DNA of 64,000 nucleotides from a virus (Duplodnaviria; Heunggongvirae; Uroviricota; Caudoviricetes): IMG/VR virus record IMGVR_UViG_2681813455_000010, positions 1,928 to 65,927 of that record; one strand, 5' to 3'. Shown piece by piece: positions 30,001 to 44,831 of this stretch (position 1 is its first letter; each line of letters starts with the position of its first letter). The notes under the pieces were generated by a model. It saw only the letters and a program-made list of their open reading frames with translations, ran no database searches and was not told where the DNA came from. The position numbers and the translations under genes were made by a program.

Positions 30001-30699
30001 TTACTGCGAAAGTTTGTTAATGGAAAGGAAGCCGCCAAAGTTGCCGACGTTATTGCGAAACTTACAGCCACTCAGGCATTTGCTGCATTTATCCTTCGTG
30101 ATATCGGACGTCGGCTGGTCATATTCATCCGCGACCGCCGGACCGTTATAACCGCACTCATCACCGCGATAGATCCAGGTGCAGGTATTAGCCAGCATAA
30201 TGCGCCCCGGAAAAACGGCACCATCCGTTTCAGTCGGCGTGGACAGTACAAAGGAGGCACTGACCGCGCTCAATTCGCTGCACTGCTCGATGCGCCAGCG
30301 GCTAATCACCTCCTGCTCCGGATCGGCGTCGCTGTTTCCGTTGACGAAGTTCACCGCATCCAGAAAACGGGCATAAACCTTACGCCTGACCACCGTTCCG
30401 CCGACCAGACTCTGCAGATCTTCCACCATCCCGGTGACCATGCCGTACAGGTTAGAGACTGCCAGCGTGGGGCGCGTACTGGTGCCTTTGCCATTCAGTT
30501 CAAAACCACTCCCCTGAATGGGATACGCCAGATACTGCCGCCCCTGCCAGGTGACCGGCTCACCTTTTTCGTTCTGCTCATTACAGAAAAAATAGCGTTC
30601 ACCACCGACCTCTGTCAGATCGATTTCCCAGAGCACCACGCTGGCCGACTGCTCCGCACGGGTGCATTCATTCAGTGTTTCCTGCCGGATATCCTGCAT
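30001..30699 (-). CDS. L: Minor tail protein L
   Basis: 232 aa, lambda L-like. Confidence 0.85.
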   Translation of the reverse strand: MQDIRQETLNECTRAEQSASVVLWEIDLTEVGGERYFFCNEQNEKGEPVTWQGRQYLAYPIQGSGFELNGKGTSTRPTLAVSNLYGMVTGMVEDLQSLVGGTVVRRKVYARFLDAVNFVNGNSDADPEQEVISRWRIEQCSELSAVSASFVLSTPTETDGAVFPGRIMLANTCTWIYRGDECGYNGPAVADEYDQPTSDITKDKCSKCLSGCKFRNNVGNFGGFLSINKLSQ

Positions 30700-31028
30700 C
30701 AGTTCACCACCTGTTTAAACTCTGCGCTGAACTCAACACGCAGCATACTGACCCGCGACGTCCATTTTGCGCAGGTCACCTTTATCTGCCGCCAGTCATA
30801 AGGCGGCGTCCACAGAAAGGCTTTCCAGCCGCCGTGCTCTGCCAGAAACGATTCCAGCGCCGTGGCCTCCCAACGGGGGACAGAAATCGTCACGCTGTAC
30901 GTTTTCAGGTTGGCATTCAGCCCGGCAGGCGCGCGCTGGGAGTAACCATCACCAAAGCGCACCTCCCTGACGGAAGGAGTCGAAGCCACATCCATACCCG
31001 GTTTCACTTTCCAGCGGAAGGTTTTCAT
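30699..31028 (-). CDS. M: Minor tail protein M
   Basis: 109 aa, lambda M-like. Confidence 0.85.
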   Translation of the reverse strand: MKTFRWKVKPGMDVASTPSVREVRFGDGYSQRAPAGLNANLKTYSVTISVPRWEATALESFLAEHGGWKAFLWTPPYDWRQIKVTCAKWTSRVSMLRVEFSAEFKQVVN

Positions 31029-33604
31029 CGTCCACCTCCGGAGAACAGACCACCATCACGCATCTGCCCGGTCACAACATCCATTGCCGCCTTACGGGCT
31101 ACGTCATAAACCGCCTTCAGCGCCTGTGGCCCTATCTGACCGTTCGTGCCGTCGTTGTTAATCACCACATGGTTATTCTGCTCAAACTTCCCGGACGCCT
31201 GCGACCGGCTGTCCGCCATGCTGCCCGGTGTACCGACATAACCGCCGGTGGCATAGCCGCGCATCAGCCGGTAAAGATTCCCCACGCCAATCCGGCTGGT
31301 TGCCTCCTTCGTGAAGACAAATTCACCACGATGAACAATCCCCGCAGGCTCATATTTGCCGCCGGTTCCCGTAAATCCCCCGGTCGCAAAATGGAATTTC
31401 GCCGCAGCTGCCTGAATGGCTGTACCACCTGACGCTGATGCGCCACTACTGGCAACACCGCCAATGGCGCTGCCGATACTCCCGACAATCCCCACCATTG
31501 CCTGCTTAAGCAGAATTTCTGTCATCATGGACAGCACGGAACGGGTGAAGCTGCGCCAGTTCTGCTCACTGCCGGTCAGCATCGCCGCCATATTCTGTGC
31601 AATACCATCAAAGGTCTGCGTGGCAGCACTTTTAACCTGCGACATACTGTCCGTGGCGCTCTCTTCCCACTCACTCCAGCCAGACTTGAGGCCTGCCATC
31701 CAGCTCCCGCGAAGCTGGTCTTCAGCCGCCCAGGTCTTTTTCTGCTCTGACATGACGTTATTCAGCGCCAGAGGATTATCGCCATACTGTTCCTTCAGGC
31801 GCTGTTCCGTGGCGTCCCGCGCTGCCTGCCGGTCAGTCAGCCCCCGGTTTTTCGCCTCAATGGCTGCCCGTTTTGCCCGTTGCTGCTGTGCGAATTTATC
31901 CGCCTGCTGCGCCAGCGCGTTCAGGCGCTCCTGATACGTAACCTTGTCACCAAGTGCAGCCAGCTGGCGTTTGTACTCCAGCGTCTCATCTTTATGCGCC
32001 AGCAGGGATTTCTCCTGTGCAGACAGCTGGCGACGTTGCGCCGCCTCCTCCAGTACCGCGAACTGACTCTCCGCCTTCCACAAATCCCGGCGCTGCTGGC
32101 TGATTTTCTCATTCGCTCCGGCATGCTTCTCCAGCATCCGGAGTTCTGCCTGAAGCGTCAGCAGGGCAGCATGAGCACTGTCTTCCTGACGATCGCCCGC
32201 AGACACTTTCACGCCGGACTGCTTCGGCTTTTTCAGCGTCGCTTCATAGTCCTTTTTCGCCGCCGCCATCAGCGTGTTGTAATCTGCCTGCAGGATTTTT
32301 CCGTCTTTCAGAGCCTTATTCAGTTCCTCCTGGCGGGCGGTATATTTCTCCAGCGGTGTCTGCAGGCGTTCGTAAGCCTTCTGCGCCTCTTCGGTATATT
32401 TCAGCCGTGATGCCTCAGACTCGGCCCGATCTTTTGCTGCCATCTCACTGGCCTTTTCAAGATCTGCCTGCAACGTGGCGGCTGAAAGCCCAAGTCGCGC
32501 ATTCTCTCTCTTCTCCCATGCCCCCCGGAGATTGGCAAGAAATGCTGACGTTTTACCGCGCCGGTGGCTCCGGCTCTGATACCACTGCCATTTTTTATCC
32601 GCTTCATCAAAAGCCTTTTCAGCTTTGGCGAGCATATCAGCAGAGGAGTCCGGGCGGCCAATATCCAGCACCGCATCCCACATGGATTTGAATGCCTGTG
32701 CAGTCTTGTCTGCCCAGGTCTCCAGCGTACCCATGTTATCTTTCAGTTTACGGGTCTGGTCATCAAACCCTTTCGTTGCGGCCTCGTTCGCCGCCTGCAA
32801 TGCCCCGGCTCCATCGCCGGAACGCTGCAACTGAGCAACATACGCAATCTGCTCTGCCGTCACGTTATGGAACTGGCGCGCCATCGCCGTCAGCCCCGAC
32901 GTCGGGTCTGTGGTCAGCTTCCCGAAGGCTTCAGCGACCTTGTCCACCTCCACGCCGGATGCAGAGGAGAAACGCGCCACACTCTGGCTGATTGCCTCAA
33001 ACTGCTCACCACCACGCACACCGGCATTCACCAGCGCCGTCAGTGACTCACTGGTCTGGTTAAACGTCAGCCCTGCCGCCTGCCCGGCTCTGGACAGGGC
33101 CAGCATACGATCTGCCGTCAGTCCCGCCTGATTACCGGAAAGAACCAGCGTTTTATTGAAATCGGACAGGGTTGAGTCACCCTGATACCAGGCATACGCC
33201 AGCGCACCGGTCGCCACCGCCAGCGAAGTGATACCAACCATCGGCGGGGTGATCGCACCGGCAAGCCCCCTGAACATGGGGATCATCCCGCCGAAGGAGT
33301 CCTTCACCTGACCACCCTGTTGCAACAGGATCAGCCACGGATTCTGCCCCCCTGCAAGCTGTGTGGCCACGTCGGTGAACTGCGCAGGCAGCATACGCAT
33401 GGCAGCTTTATACTGCCCGACGGAAATCCCCGCTTTCTGTGCAGCCAGCGCCTGCCGGTTCATTGACTGTTCAACGACTGCCGCTGTTTTTTTCGCATCA
33501 CTTTCCGTACCGGAAAAATGACGCCTGACTCTGGCCATCTGCTCGTCAAATCTGGTCGCATCCAGACTTAAATCAACGACCAGATCGCCTACCGGTTCAG
33601 CCAT
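31025..33604 (-). CDS. H: Tail tape measure protein H
   Basis: 859 aa, lambda H-like. Confidence 0.9.
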   Translation of the reverse strand: MAEPVGDLVVDLSLDATRFDEQMARVRRHFSGTESDAKKTAAVVEQSMNRQALAAQKAGISVGQYKAAMRMLPAQFTDVATQLAGGQNPWLILLQQGGQVKDSFGGMIPMFRGLAGAITPPMVGITSLAVATGALAYAWYQGDSTLSDFNKTLVLSGNQAGLTADRMLALSRAGQAAGLTFNQTSESLTALVNAGVRGGEQFEAISQSVARFSSASGVEVDKVAEAFGKLTTDPTSGLTAMARQFHNVTAEQIAYVAQLQRSGDGAGALQAANEAATKGFDDQTRKLKDNMGTLETWADKTAQAFKSMWDAVLDIGRPDSSADMLAKAEKAFDEADKKWQWYQSRSHRRGKTSAFLANLRGAWEKRENARLGLSAATLQADLEKASEMAAKDRAESEASRLKYTEEAQKAYERLQTPLEKYTARQEELNKALKDGKILQADYNTLMAAAKKDYEATLKKPKQSGVKVSAGDRQEDSAHAALLTLQAELRMLEKHAGANEKISQQRRDLWKAESQFAVLEEAAQRRQLSAQEKSLLAHKDETLEYKRQLAALGDKVTYQERLNALAQQADKFAQQQRAKRAAIEAKNRGLTDRQAARDATEQRLKEQYGDNPLALNNVMSEQKKTWAAEDQLRGSWMAGLKSGWSEWEESATDSMSQVKSAATQTFDGIAQNMAAMLTGSEQNWRSFTRSVLSMMTEILLKQAMVGIVGSIGSAIGGVASSGASASGGTAIQAAAAKFHFATGGFTGTGGKYEPAGIVHRGEFVFTKEATSRIGVGNLYRLMRGYATGGYVGTPGSMADSRSQASGKFEQNNHVVINNDGTNGQIGPQALKAVYDVARKAAMDVVTGQMRDGGLFSGGGR

Positions 33605-34031
33605 ACCGGACTCCTCCTGCGATCCCTTCTGATACTGTCATCAGCATTACGTCATCCTCCGTCATGCCCGCCACATCCGGGGAAGCGGGGATAACTTCAT
33701 TCCCGTCCGGGTCAAAGCGGACGCCTCCGGCAAGCCCTGCCGCTTTCTGCATCAGCACATCATCTTCAGGCTCTTCGTCAGCCTCACACCGGTTCAGCAG
33801 ACTGAAATCCAGCGGATGCATATCCGGATCGCTGAAAAACAGGCTGAGTACGGTGTACGTCAGCCCGGAAAAGTGCATATCCAGCAGAACATCATGAAAA
33901 TAATGGGTACTGTAAAAGCGGTGCCAGTCGGCATACTCCGTGGATGACATCCCGGCAAGCATGGCGCGCCAGTCGGGTCGCCCCATCTCACGCGCCAGTT
34001 TCAGGGCAAAACTCAGCTCACCGTCGAACAC
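33597..34031 (-). CDS. T: Tail assembly protein T region (expressed as G-T fusion by -1 frameshift)
   Basis: 144-aa frame overlapping the G 3' end; slippery GGGAAAG at 34031-34037 (minus strand). Confidence 0.7.
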   Translation of the reverse strand: MFDGELSFALKLAREMGRPDWRAMLAGMSSTEYADWHRFYSTHYFHDVLLDMHFSGLTYTVLSLFFSDPDMHPLDFSLLNRCEADEEPEDDVLMQKAAGLAGGVRFDPDGNEVIPASPDVAGMTEDDVMLMTVSEGIAGGVRYG

Positions 34032-34435
34032 TTTCCCGCAGAAACAGGCTCTGCAGGCCCGGCGTCATCTGCCTGTTCAGGGGCATTATTCACCACAAAC
34101 TCAGACATTCCGGACAGACGTAACACCACGTTTTCAGCCTGAGCAATTGCCTCCGTGGGCCAGGTGGTAAGCACTTCCTGCTCAATCTGCGTAATGGCTT
34201 CATTCATGGACGGCAGCTTTGTCTTCTGCGGATGGTTATGCCACAGAGACATCGCCACCAGAAACGCCCCGCCTCTGATAAGATCCTCTACAGACACCTG
34301 CAGGTTGCCGCTGGATTCAGCCTTTTTTTCCTGCTCTTTCAACCAGGCAAGATGCTCAATACGCTGCAGGGCTGACAGTTCAGAAAGCGTGACGGTCACG
34401 CCGTTATGTTCAAATGATTCTGTTTTCAGGAACAT
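34013..34435 (-). CDS. G: Tail assembly chaperone G
   Basis: 140 aa, lambda G-like. Confidence 0.85.
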   Translation of the reverse strand: MFLKTESFEHNGVTVTLSELSALQRIEHLAWLKEQEKKAESSGNLQVSVEDLIRGGAFLVAMSLWHNHPQKTKLPSMNEAITQIEQEVLTTWPTEAIAQAENVVLRLSGMSEFVVNNAPEQADDAGPAEPVSAGKCSTVS

Positions 34436-34450
34436 CGCTGACTCTCCGGA

Positions 34451-35221
34451 TTAACTGGCGGTGACGGTGATTTCTGCAACCGCAGCAAACTCACCATTAC
34501 CGGATACAACCGGAATGTTGACCTTGCCTGCAGCAACGCCGTTCACGGTGATGGTCATACCACTGACCGACACGGTGGCTTTTGTTTTATCCGCTGACAC
34601 CGCACGGAAGCTCTTGTCGGTTGCGCCTTCCGGCTGGAAGGCCACGGTCAGCGTGGTGCTCTGCCCTTTCACTACGGAAGCACTGGCTGGCGTTACCGTC
34701 ATGCCGGTGGCCGCTGTTACCGTGCTGCGATCTTCTGCCATCGACGGGCGTCCCACATTGGTGACCTTCACCGTGCGGGTGATCACTTCCTTCGCCGTCA
34801 CCGCTTTACCGATACTGCTGACCCAGCCACGGAACACATCGACCGTGCCGTTCGGGAAGCGGATTTTATAGGCACGGGTATCACCTTCATTAAACCACGC
34901 CAGCAGCGCCTGCTGCCCCTGCTCTCCGGGCATCCACGCCAGCGTGAAGCTGGTATCTCCGGCTGATTTCTGCCCCTGCCCGGTCGCAGTCCAGTCCGCA
35001 TCCTCATCATCGAGATAACTGTCGTCATAGGACTCAGCGGTCAGTTCGCCGGGCGTCAGGTCTTTAACTTTTGCCAGACGCGACCAGTCAACGTCTGAAA
35101 GCGGGTTCGCATAAGGGTCACCGTTCCCCTTATAAACCCACAGTGTGGTCCCGGCACCTTTCACCGGCATTGTTGGATTTGGTACAGGCATATCGTCCTC
35201 ACATTTCATAGGTAATGACAT
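34451..35221 (-). CDS. V: Major tail protein V
   Basis: 256 aa, lambda V-like. Confidence 0.85.
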   Translation of the reverse strand: MSLPMKCEDDMPVPNPTMPVKGAGTTLWVYKGNGDPYANPLSDVDWSRLAKVKDLTPGELTAESYDDSYLDDEDADWTATGQGQKSAGDTSFTLAWMPGEQGQQALLAWFNEGDTRAYKIRFPNGTVDVFRGWVSSIGKAVTAKEVITRTVKVTNVGRPSMAEDRSTVTAATGMTVTPASASVVKGQSTTLTVAFQPEGATDKSFRAVSADKTKATVSVSGMTITVNGVAAGKVNIPVVSGNGEFAAVAEITVTAS

Positions 35222-35594
35222 AAGTCAGATCGGCTGAACTCCACAGGCCCGCATCATCGTCGCGTCGGTAGTCATAGCCACTGGCCACCATACTGGTGAT
35301 CAAATCTGACAGTGCCGGGATATCGCTCATCACCGGATAAATCCGGGACTCCATCCACGAATCCAGCTCTGAATCCGGCACCTGAGCAGGCAGGAAAACT
35401 TCAATATGCAACTCCGCCTGCCAGGTATCGCTGTCCAGCTCTTCGCCCGTGTATTCAGCGCCGGTGAGATAAACGGCAATTGCCGGAAAATCCGCCTCAT
35501 CAAAAACAGCGGGGCGACCATCAAAAAGCGTCGCCCCGGTGTCATGCTTCTCCAGTGCATCCAGTACGGCTGCACGGAGTTCAGTATGTTTCAT
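35199..35594 (-). CDS. U: Tail terminator protein U
   Basis: 131 aa, lambda U-like. Confidence 0.85.
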   Translation of the reverse strand: MKHTELRAAVLDALEKHDTGATLFDGRPAVFDEADFPAIAVYLTGAEYTGEELDSDTWQAELHIEVFLPAQVPDSELDSWMESRIYPVMSDIPALSDLITSMVASGYDYRRDDDAGLWSSADLTYVITYEM

Positions 35595-36169
35595 CGCTTT
35601 ATTACCATTCTCAGTTGATGCTGCAGCGCATAGCCCAGCTCTTTCGGAAGACGCTCACGCCGTATCCGTTCAATATTCTGTTTAAACGCCGTGGTCAGTG
35701 GCACCGCCATCGGGATTTTCACCACATCAATGGGGTAACGGTTTTTCCCGGCCACACGCTGCATAACATGCCACCGGCCATTTTTCAGTTGCTGAATAAA
35801 CGCGCCGGGAATACGACGGTTTCCCACCACAAGCACGCTGCCGCCACCTTTCAGGGATGAACGCTGCCCCTTTTTACGACGCCTGCGTCGGGACAGGACA
35901 ACCCGCGCATTACCCAGCTTGATTACGGGCAAATCCCCCCGGTTAACCTTGATTCTGGCCTGCGGATTTTTAACCGTAGCCCTTTTCAGCCTGGCCCTTT
36001 CCTTTACCAGTTTCCGGCGTACCTTTGTCTCACGGGCAACCTGTGACGCAGACTGCGATATCGCGGATGAAGCAACGCGGTTAATGGCCATTGCGGCGGC
36101 ACCAGGCACCGCCGTTTTGCTGATACGGCTGAGGTTTTCAACGGCCTGCTCAAGACCTTTTATGGCCAT
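35591..36169 (-). CDS. Z: Tail completion protein Z
   Basis: 192 aa, lambda Z-like. Confidence 0.85.
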   Translation of the reverse strand: MAIKGLEQAVENLSRISKTAVPGAAAMAINRVASSAISQSASQVARETKVRRKLVKERARLKRATVKNPQARIKVNRGDLPVIKLGNARVVLSRRRRRKKGQRSSLKGGGSVLVVGNRRIPGAFIQQLKNGRWHVMQRVAGKNRYPIDVVKIPMAVPLTTAFKQNIERIRRERLPKELGYALQHQLRMVIKR

Positions 36170-36180
36170 ACATCCCCCTT

Positions 36181-36534
36181 TCAGCGGCGACGGTTAACGG
36201 CAGGCGGTACGCCCCGCCCAAGCCAGAGATGACAGCTTCCGCCATCATCCGGCGAAACACGATCTATCCAGAAGTTTTCCTCACCGATGGTCAGCGTGTC
36301 TCCACGCCGCAGTTGCCGCACATCATCAGTCCGGACAAACAGGGATGGGCTGGAGCCTTCAACGCGCACGCCCTGTCCGGCATAGCTGATATTTTCAGGG
36401 TCATCAAAAACACCACGTATCACTGCACCGGACTGCTCACCGGATGTAATGGTGGCTGACGTTCCCATGTACCCGCGTATCGTTTCATCGGCGCGGGCAA
36501 TGGCAGCATCGAACAGGTTATCGAAATCAGCCAC
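36181..36534 (-). CDS. FII: Head-tail joining protein FII
   Basis: 117 aa, lambda FII-like. Confidence 0.85.
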   Translation of the reverse strand: MADFDNLFDAAIARADETIRGYMGTSATITSGEQSGAVIRGVFDDPENISYAGQGVRVEGSSPSLFVRTDDVRQLRRGDTLTIGEENFWIDRVSPDDGGSCHLWLGRGVPPAVNRRR

Positions 36535-36545
36535 AGCGCCTCCCG

Positions 36546-36944
36546 TTATTGCATTCTGGCCAGGCCGCGCTCTGTCATTTCGGCTGCCACACCGGCAGAG
36601 ACACGAAACGCCGTTCCCGGCAGCACAAATGCCACAGGTTCATCCCGCGTGGCGTGAAGTGCATCAGTATGCAGCGTCACCAGTGCCACGACCGTGACCA
36701 GTTCAGCCGTATCCTGAATCACGGTGTCCGGCTGCGCTGATACCACCTCATTTTCATGCCCGGTCAGCACATTTTCCGGGCTGAGAGGGGTGTCCTGACC
36801 GGCAGTGTCATCCGTGTCATCAAGCTCCTCTTCCAGCTCTGCCACACGGAGCGCCAGTTCTTCTTTCGTCCCCGTCAGGCTGACATCACGGTTCAGTTGT
36901 TCACCCAGCGAGCGGAGACGGGCAATCAGTTCATCTTTCGTCAT
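36546..36944 (-). CDS. FI: DNA packaging protein FI
   Basis: MTKDELIARLRSLGEQLNRD... lambda FI-like; start taken at the internal Met of ORF 36546..36983. Confidence 0.8.
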   Translation of the reverse strand: MTKDELIARLRSLGEQLNRDVSLTGTKEELALRVAELEEELDDTDDTAGQDTPLSPENVLTGHENEVVSAQPDTVIQDTAELVTVVALVTLHTDALHATRDEPVAFVLPGTAFRVSAGVAAEMTERGLARMQ

Positions 36945-36985
36945 GGACTTCTCCACAGAGAGACAATGGCCCCGAAGGGCCATGA

Positions 36986-38011
36986 TTACGCCAGTTGTAC
37001 GGACACGAACTCATCAGGGTCAGCCAGCAGCATCAGCGGTGCTGACTGAATCATGGTGAACTCACGTGCCGGATCGCCGGTGGTCACCCAGTTTTTCGGG
37101 TAACGGGCAGAGGCGTTAATGCCTTCGCGCTGTGCGTCCGCATCCTGAATACAACCATAGGTGCGCAGACCGCGTGCCTGAGTGTTCCCCAGCACCATCG
37201 TGTTGTCCGGCAGGAAGTTCTTTTTGACGCCGTTTTCCACGTACTGTCCGGAATACACGACGATGGCAACATCGCCATACATACCCTTATAGGACACCGC
37301 TTTACCCAGGTCTTTTACCGCTGTCTCCAGCTCGGAATGAGAGCCACGACGGGTATCCAGCTTCTCCTTGACGGCTTTGAAGGAACGGAACAGCGCCCAG
37401 CCTTTCGGATCAAACACGATGATATTCACCACACCGCTGGCGTTCAGCGCGTAGGCTTCGATATCGTCGGTCGGGTCATACGTGGACTTGTCACGCTTGC
37501 TCCACTCCGTGCCGCCGGACTGCGTGATGTTATTCGCCGCACTGCGGCCCATATCCACCTCAACCGGATCGAAGGCTTCACCGGTCATGGTGTATTTGCC
37601 CTTAAGCACGGCAGAAACGGCCTGCATCTCTTCGACCTGAGCAATGGCCAGCTCTTCGTCACGCATGTTCTGCATGATGATGCGACGGCGGCGGTAAGCC
37701 GGGTCCGCCAGATTCTGCGGATCTTCATCCGGCAGGCGACGCAGGGTCATCTGCGGATTCACCTCATGCTTCGGCTTGACATATCCCGGCGTAAATTCAG
37801 AGGTGGAGCCGCCACGGGAACGGATAACCTCACCGGAAACAATCGGCGAAACGTACAGCGCCATGTTTACCAGTCCCGGAATTTGTGAGAGATAGACTTT
37901 CTCCGTGGTGAAGGGATAGCTCTCACGGAAAAAGAGACGCAGAAACAGCGGATCAAACTTAAATTTCTGCTCATTTGCCGCCAGCAGCTGGGCGGTTGTG
38001 TACATCGACAT
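36986..38011 (-). CDS. E: Major capsid protein E
   Basis: 341 aa, lambda E. Confidence 0.9.
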   Translation of the reverse strand: MSMYTTAQLLAANEQKFKFDPLFLRLFFRESYPFTTEKVYLSQIPGLVNMALYVSPIVSGEVIRSRGGSTSEFTPGYVKPKHEVNPQMTLRRLPDEDPQNLADPAYRRRRIIMQNMRDEELAIAQVEEMQAVSAVLKGKYTMTGEAFDPVEVDMGRSAANNITQSGGTEWSKRDKSTYDPTDDIEAYALNASGVVNIIVFDPKGWALFRSFKAVKEKLDTRRGSHSELETAVKDLGKAVSYKGMYGDVAIVVYSGQYVENGVKKNFLPDNTMVLGNTQARGLRTYGCIQDADAQREGINASARYPKNWVTTGDPAREFTMIQSAPLMLLADPDEFVSVQLA

Positions 38012-38067
38012 AAAAAAAATCCCGTAAAAAAAGCCGCACAGGCGGCCTTTAGTGATGAAGGGTAAAG

Positions 38068-38406
38068 TTAAACGATGCTGATTGCCGTTCCGGCAAACGC
38101 GGTCCGTTTTTTCGTCTCGTCGCTGGCAGCCTCCGGCCAGAGCACATCCTCATAACGGAACGTGCCGGACTTGTAGAACGTCAGCGTGGTGCTGGTCTGG
38201 TCAGCTGCAACAGCCAGAATGCCAACGGCAGCACCGTCGGTGGTGCCATCCCACGCAACCAGCTTACGGGTGGCGGTGTCAAGCATCAGCGGAGTCATTG
38301 CAGGCGCTTTCGCACTCAATCCGCCGGGCGCGGTTGCGGTATGAGCCGGGTCACTGTTGCCCAGCGGCTGGTAATGGGTAAAGGTTTCTTTGCTCGTCAT
38401 AAACAT
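38068..38406 (-). CDS. D: Head decoration protein D
   Basis: 112 aa, lambda D-like. Confidence 0.85.
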   Translation of the reverse strand: MFMTSKETFTHYQPLGNSDPAHTATAPGGLSAKAPAMTPLMLDTATRKLVAWDGTTDGAAVGILAVAADQTSTTLTFYKSGTFRYEDVLWPEAASDETKKRTAFAGTAISIV

Positions 38407-38409
38407 CCC

Positions 38410-39709
38410 TTACACTGGTGTGTTCAGCAAATCGTTAACGGCATCAGATGCCAGGTTACCTGCAGCCAGTGGTGCCGGTGCACCCTGCATCAGACGATCC
38501 AGCGCAGTGTCACTGCGCGCCTGTGCACTCTGTGGTGCTGCGGCCAGAATGCGGCGGGCCGTTTCCACGGTCATTCCGGGGGTTTCTGCCAGAACGCGCG
38601 CCTGTTCTTCGCGTCCGTGAGCCTCCTCACAGTTGAGGATCCCCATAATGCGGCTGTTTTCTGCCGCAACCGCTGCGGTGATCTGCGCGTTCACGTCCGG
38701 CTGCGCCGCGCTGGCGTTTTCGCCCTCCGTAGCTGGCACCACGTCAGTAACGTCAGCCTGCGAAGCGGTGGCTGAAACAGTTGTTGATTGAGTCTCTTTG
38801 GTCATTCGCCCTCCTGAGAGACGGGATTTACGTGCATCCAGTGCATCACGCATAACGGTGATCGCATCGGTGCTGTTGACAAGTTCATCAGCCAGTCCGG
38901 CATCAATGGCCTCCTGACCGCTGTACACTGCAGCCTCGGTATCCAGCACAGCCTGCACAGACAGGCCGGTATATGCCGACACTTTCTGCGCAAACATCTG
39001 GCGGGTTGCATCCATCCGGGACTGCAGTGTTTCCCGGACGTTATCCGGAAGATGGCTGTAGGGGTTGCCATCCACCTTATGGCTGCCGCTGTAAATCAGC
39101 GTGATTTCCACGCCCTGTTTCTCCAGCGCAGCACCGTAATTGCTGTGAGCCATCATGACGCCGATGGAGCCTGTCCGGGCGGTCTGCGTGACCAGGCGCC
39201 GGGAAGCGGCGCTGGCAAGCAACTGACCTGCACTGCAGTTCATGTCGTTGGCAAGCGCCCATACCGGTTTTATGTCACGCACACGGGCGATGATGTCAGC
39301 GCAGTCAAATGCCCCCGCCACCATCCCGCCGGGCGTGTCCATATCGAGCAGAATGCCGTCCACCATCGGGTCGCTGGCAGCCTGTTGCAGACGGGCGATA
39401 ATGCCGTTGTAACCGGTCATCCCCGAATACGGCTGCAGCGCCCGCGTCCGGCTGACCAGCGTGCCGGAAACCGGCAGCACGGCGATGCCGTTCATGACCT
39501 GATAACTGCGGGCCTGTCGTGGTCCGTCATCATCACCGGATAACGCCAGCGTCGCGGGTGCCTCCGGGGCAGTCAGGCTGTCACCGGACACCGCATCTGT
39601 CAGGCGGCTGATCCCAAGCTGGCCTGCAAGCGCACAAAAGAAAACCCGCGCATAGGCGGGTTCAAGCATCAGCGGCTCATTAAAGGCCATGCTGGCAATA
39701 TGCGGGAGA

Positions 39710-39729
<20 letters not shown>
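38410..39729 (-). CDS. C: Prohead protease / scaffold protein C (S49 family)
   Basis: Lambda C-like; probable GTG start at 39729 (VTAELRNLPHIASM...) after GGAGGA RBS. Confidence 0.8.
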
Positions 39730-43410
<3,681 letters not shown>

Positions 43411-43436
<26 letters not shown>

Positions 43437-43956
43437 TCAGCAACCCCGGTATCAGTTCATCCAGCGCGGCTGCTTTGTTCATGGCTTTGATGATATCCCG
43501 TTTCAGGAAATCAACATGTCGGTTTTCCAGTTCCGGAAAACGCCGCTGCACCGACAGGGGGATCCCGTCGAGAATACTGGCAATTTCACCTGCGATCCGC
43601 GACAGCACGAAAGTACAGAATGCGGTTTCCACCACTTCAGCGGAGTCTCTGGCATTTTTCAGCTCCTGTGCGTCGGCCTGCGCACGCGTAAGTCGATGGC
43701 GTTCGTACTCAATAGTCCCTGGCTGGAGATCTGTCTCGCTGGCCTGCCGCAGTTCTTCAACTTCCCGGCGCAGCTTTTCGTTCTCAATTTCAGCATCCCT
43801 TTCGGCATACCATTTTATGGCGGCGGCAGAGTCATAAAGCACCTCATTACCCTTGCCACCACCCCGCAGAACGGGCATTCCCTGCTCCTGCCAGTTCTGA
43901 ATGGTACGGATACTCGCACCGAAAATGTCAGCCAGCTGCTTTTTGTTGACTTCCAT
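43411..43956 (-). CDS. nu1: Terminase small subunit Nu1
   Basis: 181 aa, MEVNKKQLADIFGASIRTIQNWQEQGMPV... as in lambda Nu1. Confidence 0.9.
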
Positions 43957-44150
43957 TGTTCATTCCACGGACAAAAACAGAGAAAGGAAACGACAGAGGC
44001 CAAAAAGCTCGTTTTCAGCACCTGTCGTTTCCTTTCTTTTCATAGGGTGTTTTAAATAAAAACATTAGGTTACGGCGAAGAAGAACGGAAACGCCTTAAA
44101 CCGGAAAATTTTCATAAATAGCGAAAACCCGCGCGCCTTCCGCCCCGTGA
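43957..44150 (-). other. cos region (cosB plus cosN-like site)
   Basis: Reverse complement closely matches the lambda left end upstream of Nu1 (...CGGGTTTTCGCTATTTATGAAAATTTTCCGGTTTAAGGCGTTTCCG...); cosN-like GGGCGGAAGGCG differs from lambda GGGCGGCGACCT. Confidence 0.5.
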
Positions 44151-44293
44151 GAGCTCAGGTCATCAGAAGGACCCACATTAAAGGCAGAATATTCACTCTG
44201 ATATTACGCATTGTTTTGCTTTTGCAGATTCGCAATTTACGGTAAAAATCCTTTTGCTATTTCTTCGTACCATAAATGCACAGGAGTATCTTA

Positions 44294-44614
44294 ATGTCCA
44301 TAAAGGTATTCAGAAGTGACCTTCAGACTGAGAGTGAATCAGACTATCGTAATTGGCTTGGCGATAATCCAGACGGATATGTTGTCAATGCATTGAAGCG
44401 AACCAGAGGTAAAGGTAATAAATCTGACGAACGCTTTACCAGAATCCATAGAGCATCTTGCAAAACGATTAATCCCCTGAAACGCAAGATCGATAAAACA
44501 GGATTCACAACTGGAGATTATCAAAAAATATGCTCAACCAACTTCCTCAATGTTGAAAATGAAGCAAAGAAAATGACAGGTCTGACGAGCATCATCAAAT
44601 GTCGATGCATCTAA
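44294..44614 (+). CDS. Hypothetical moron protein at the bor position
   Basis: ORF 44276..44614; ATG 44294 preceded by AGGAGT; ~106 aa, no signal peptide; opposite strand to late genes. Confidence 0.4.
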   Translation: MSIKVFRSDLQTESESDYRNWLGDNPDGYVVNALKRTRGKGNKSDERFTRIHRASCKTINPLKRKIDKTGFTTGDYQKICSTNFLNVENEAKKMTGLTSIIKCRCI

Positions 44615-44831
44615 AGCGTCCTGTAATTAACATGTTCAAAACACTCTCCGGGTGACCGCTAATGCTGTTGTCAGCCAAAAACTCTACGTTTCGATTATGT
44701 CAATTTTGCACCGCCCGATGCCGATAAATGCGAAAATCCGGCGACTATGTAGCGTAATCAAATCAACGAGATACCACTTTCATGAAATAATTATCATCTG
44801 TCAGTTCAATATCAATGTTGAGAGAGAATAA

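Noticed and set aside
31416-33131. Several 100-176-aa plus-strand ORFs
   Set aside because: All are antisense or shadow frames inside the tape measure gene H.
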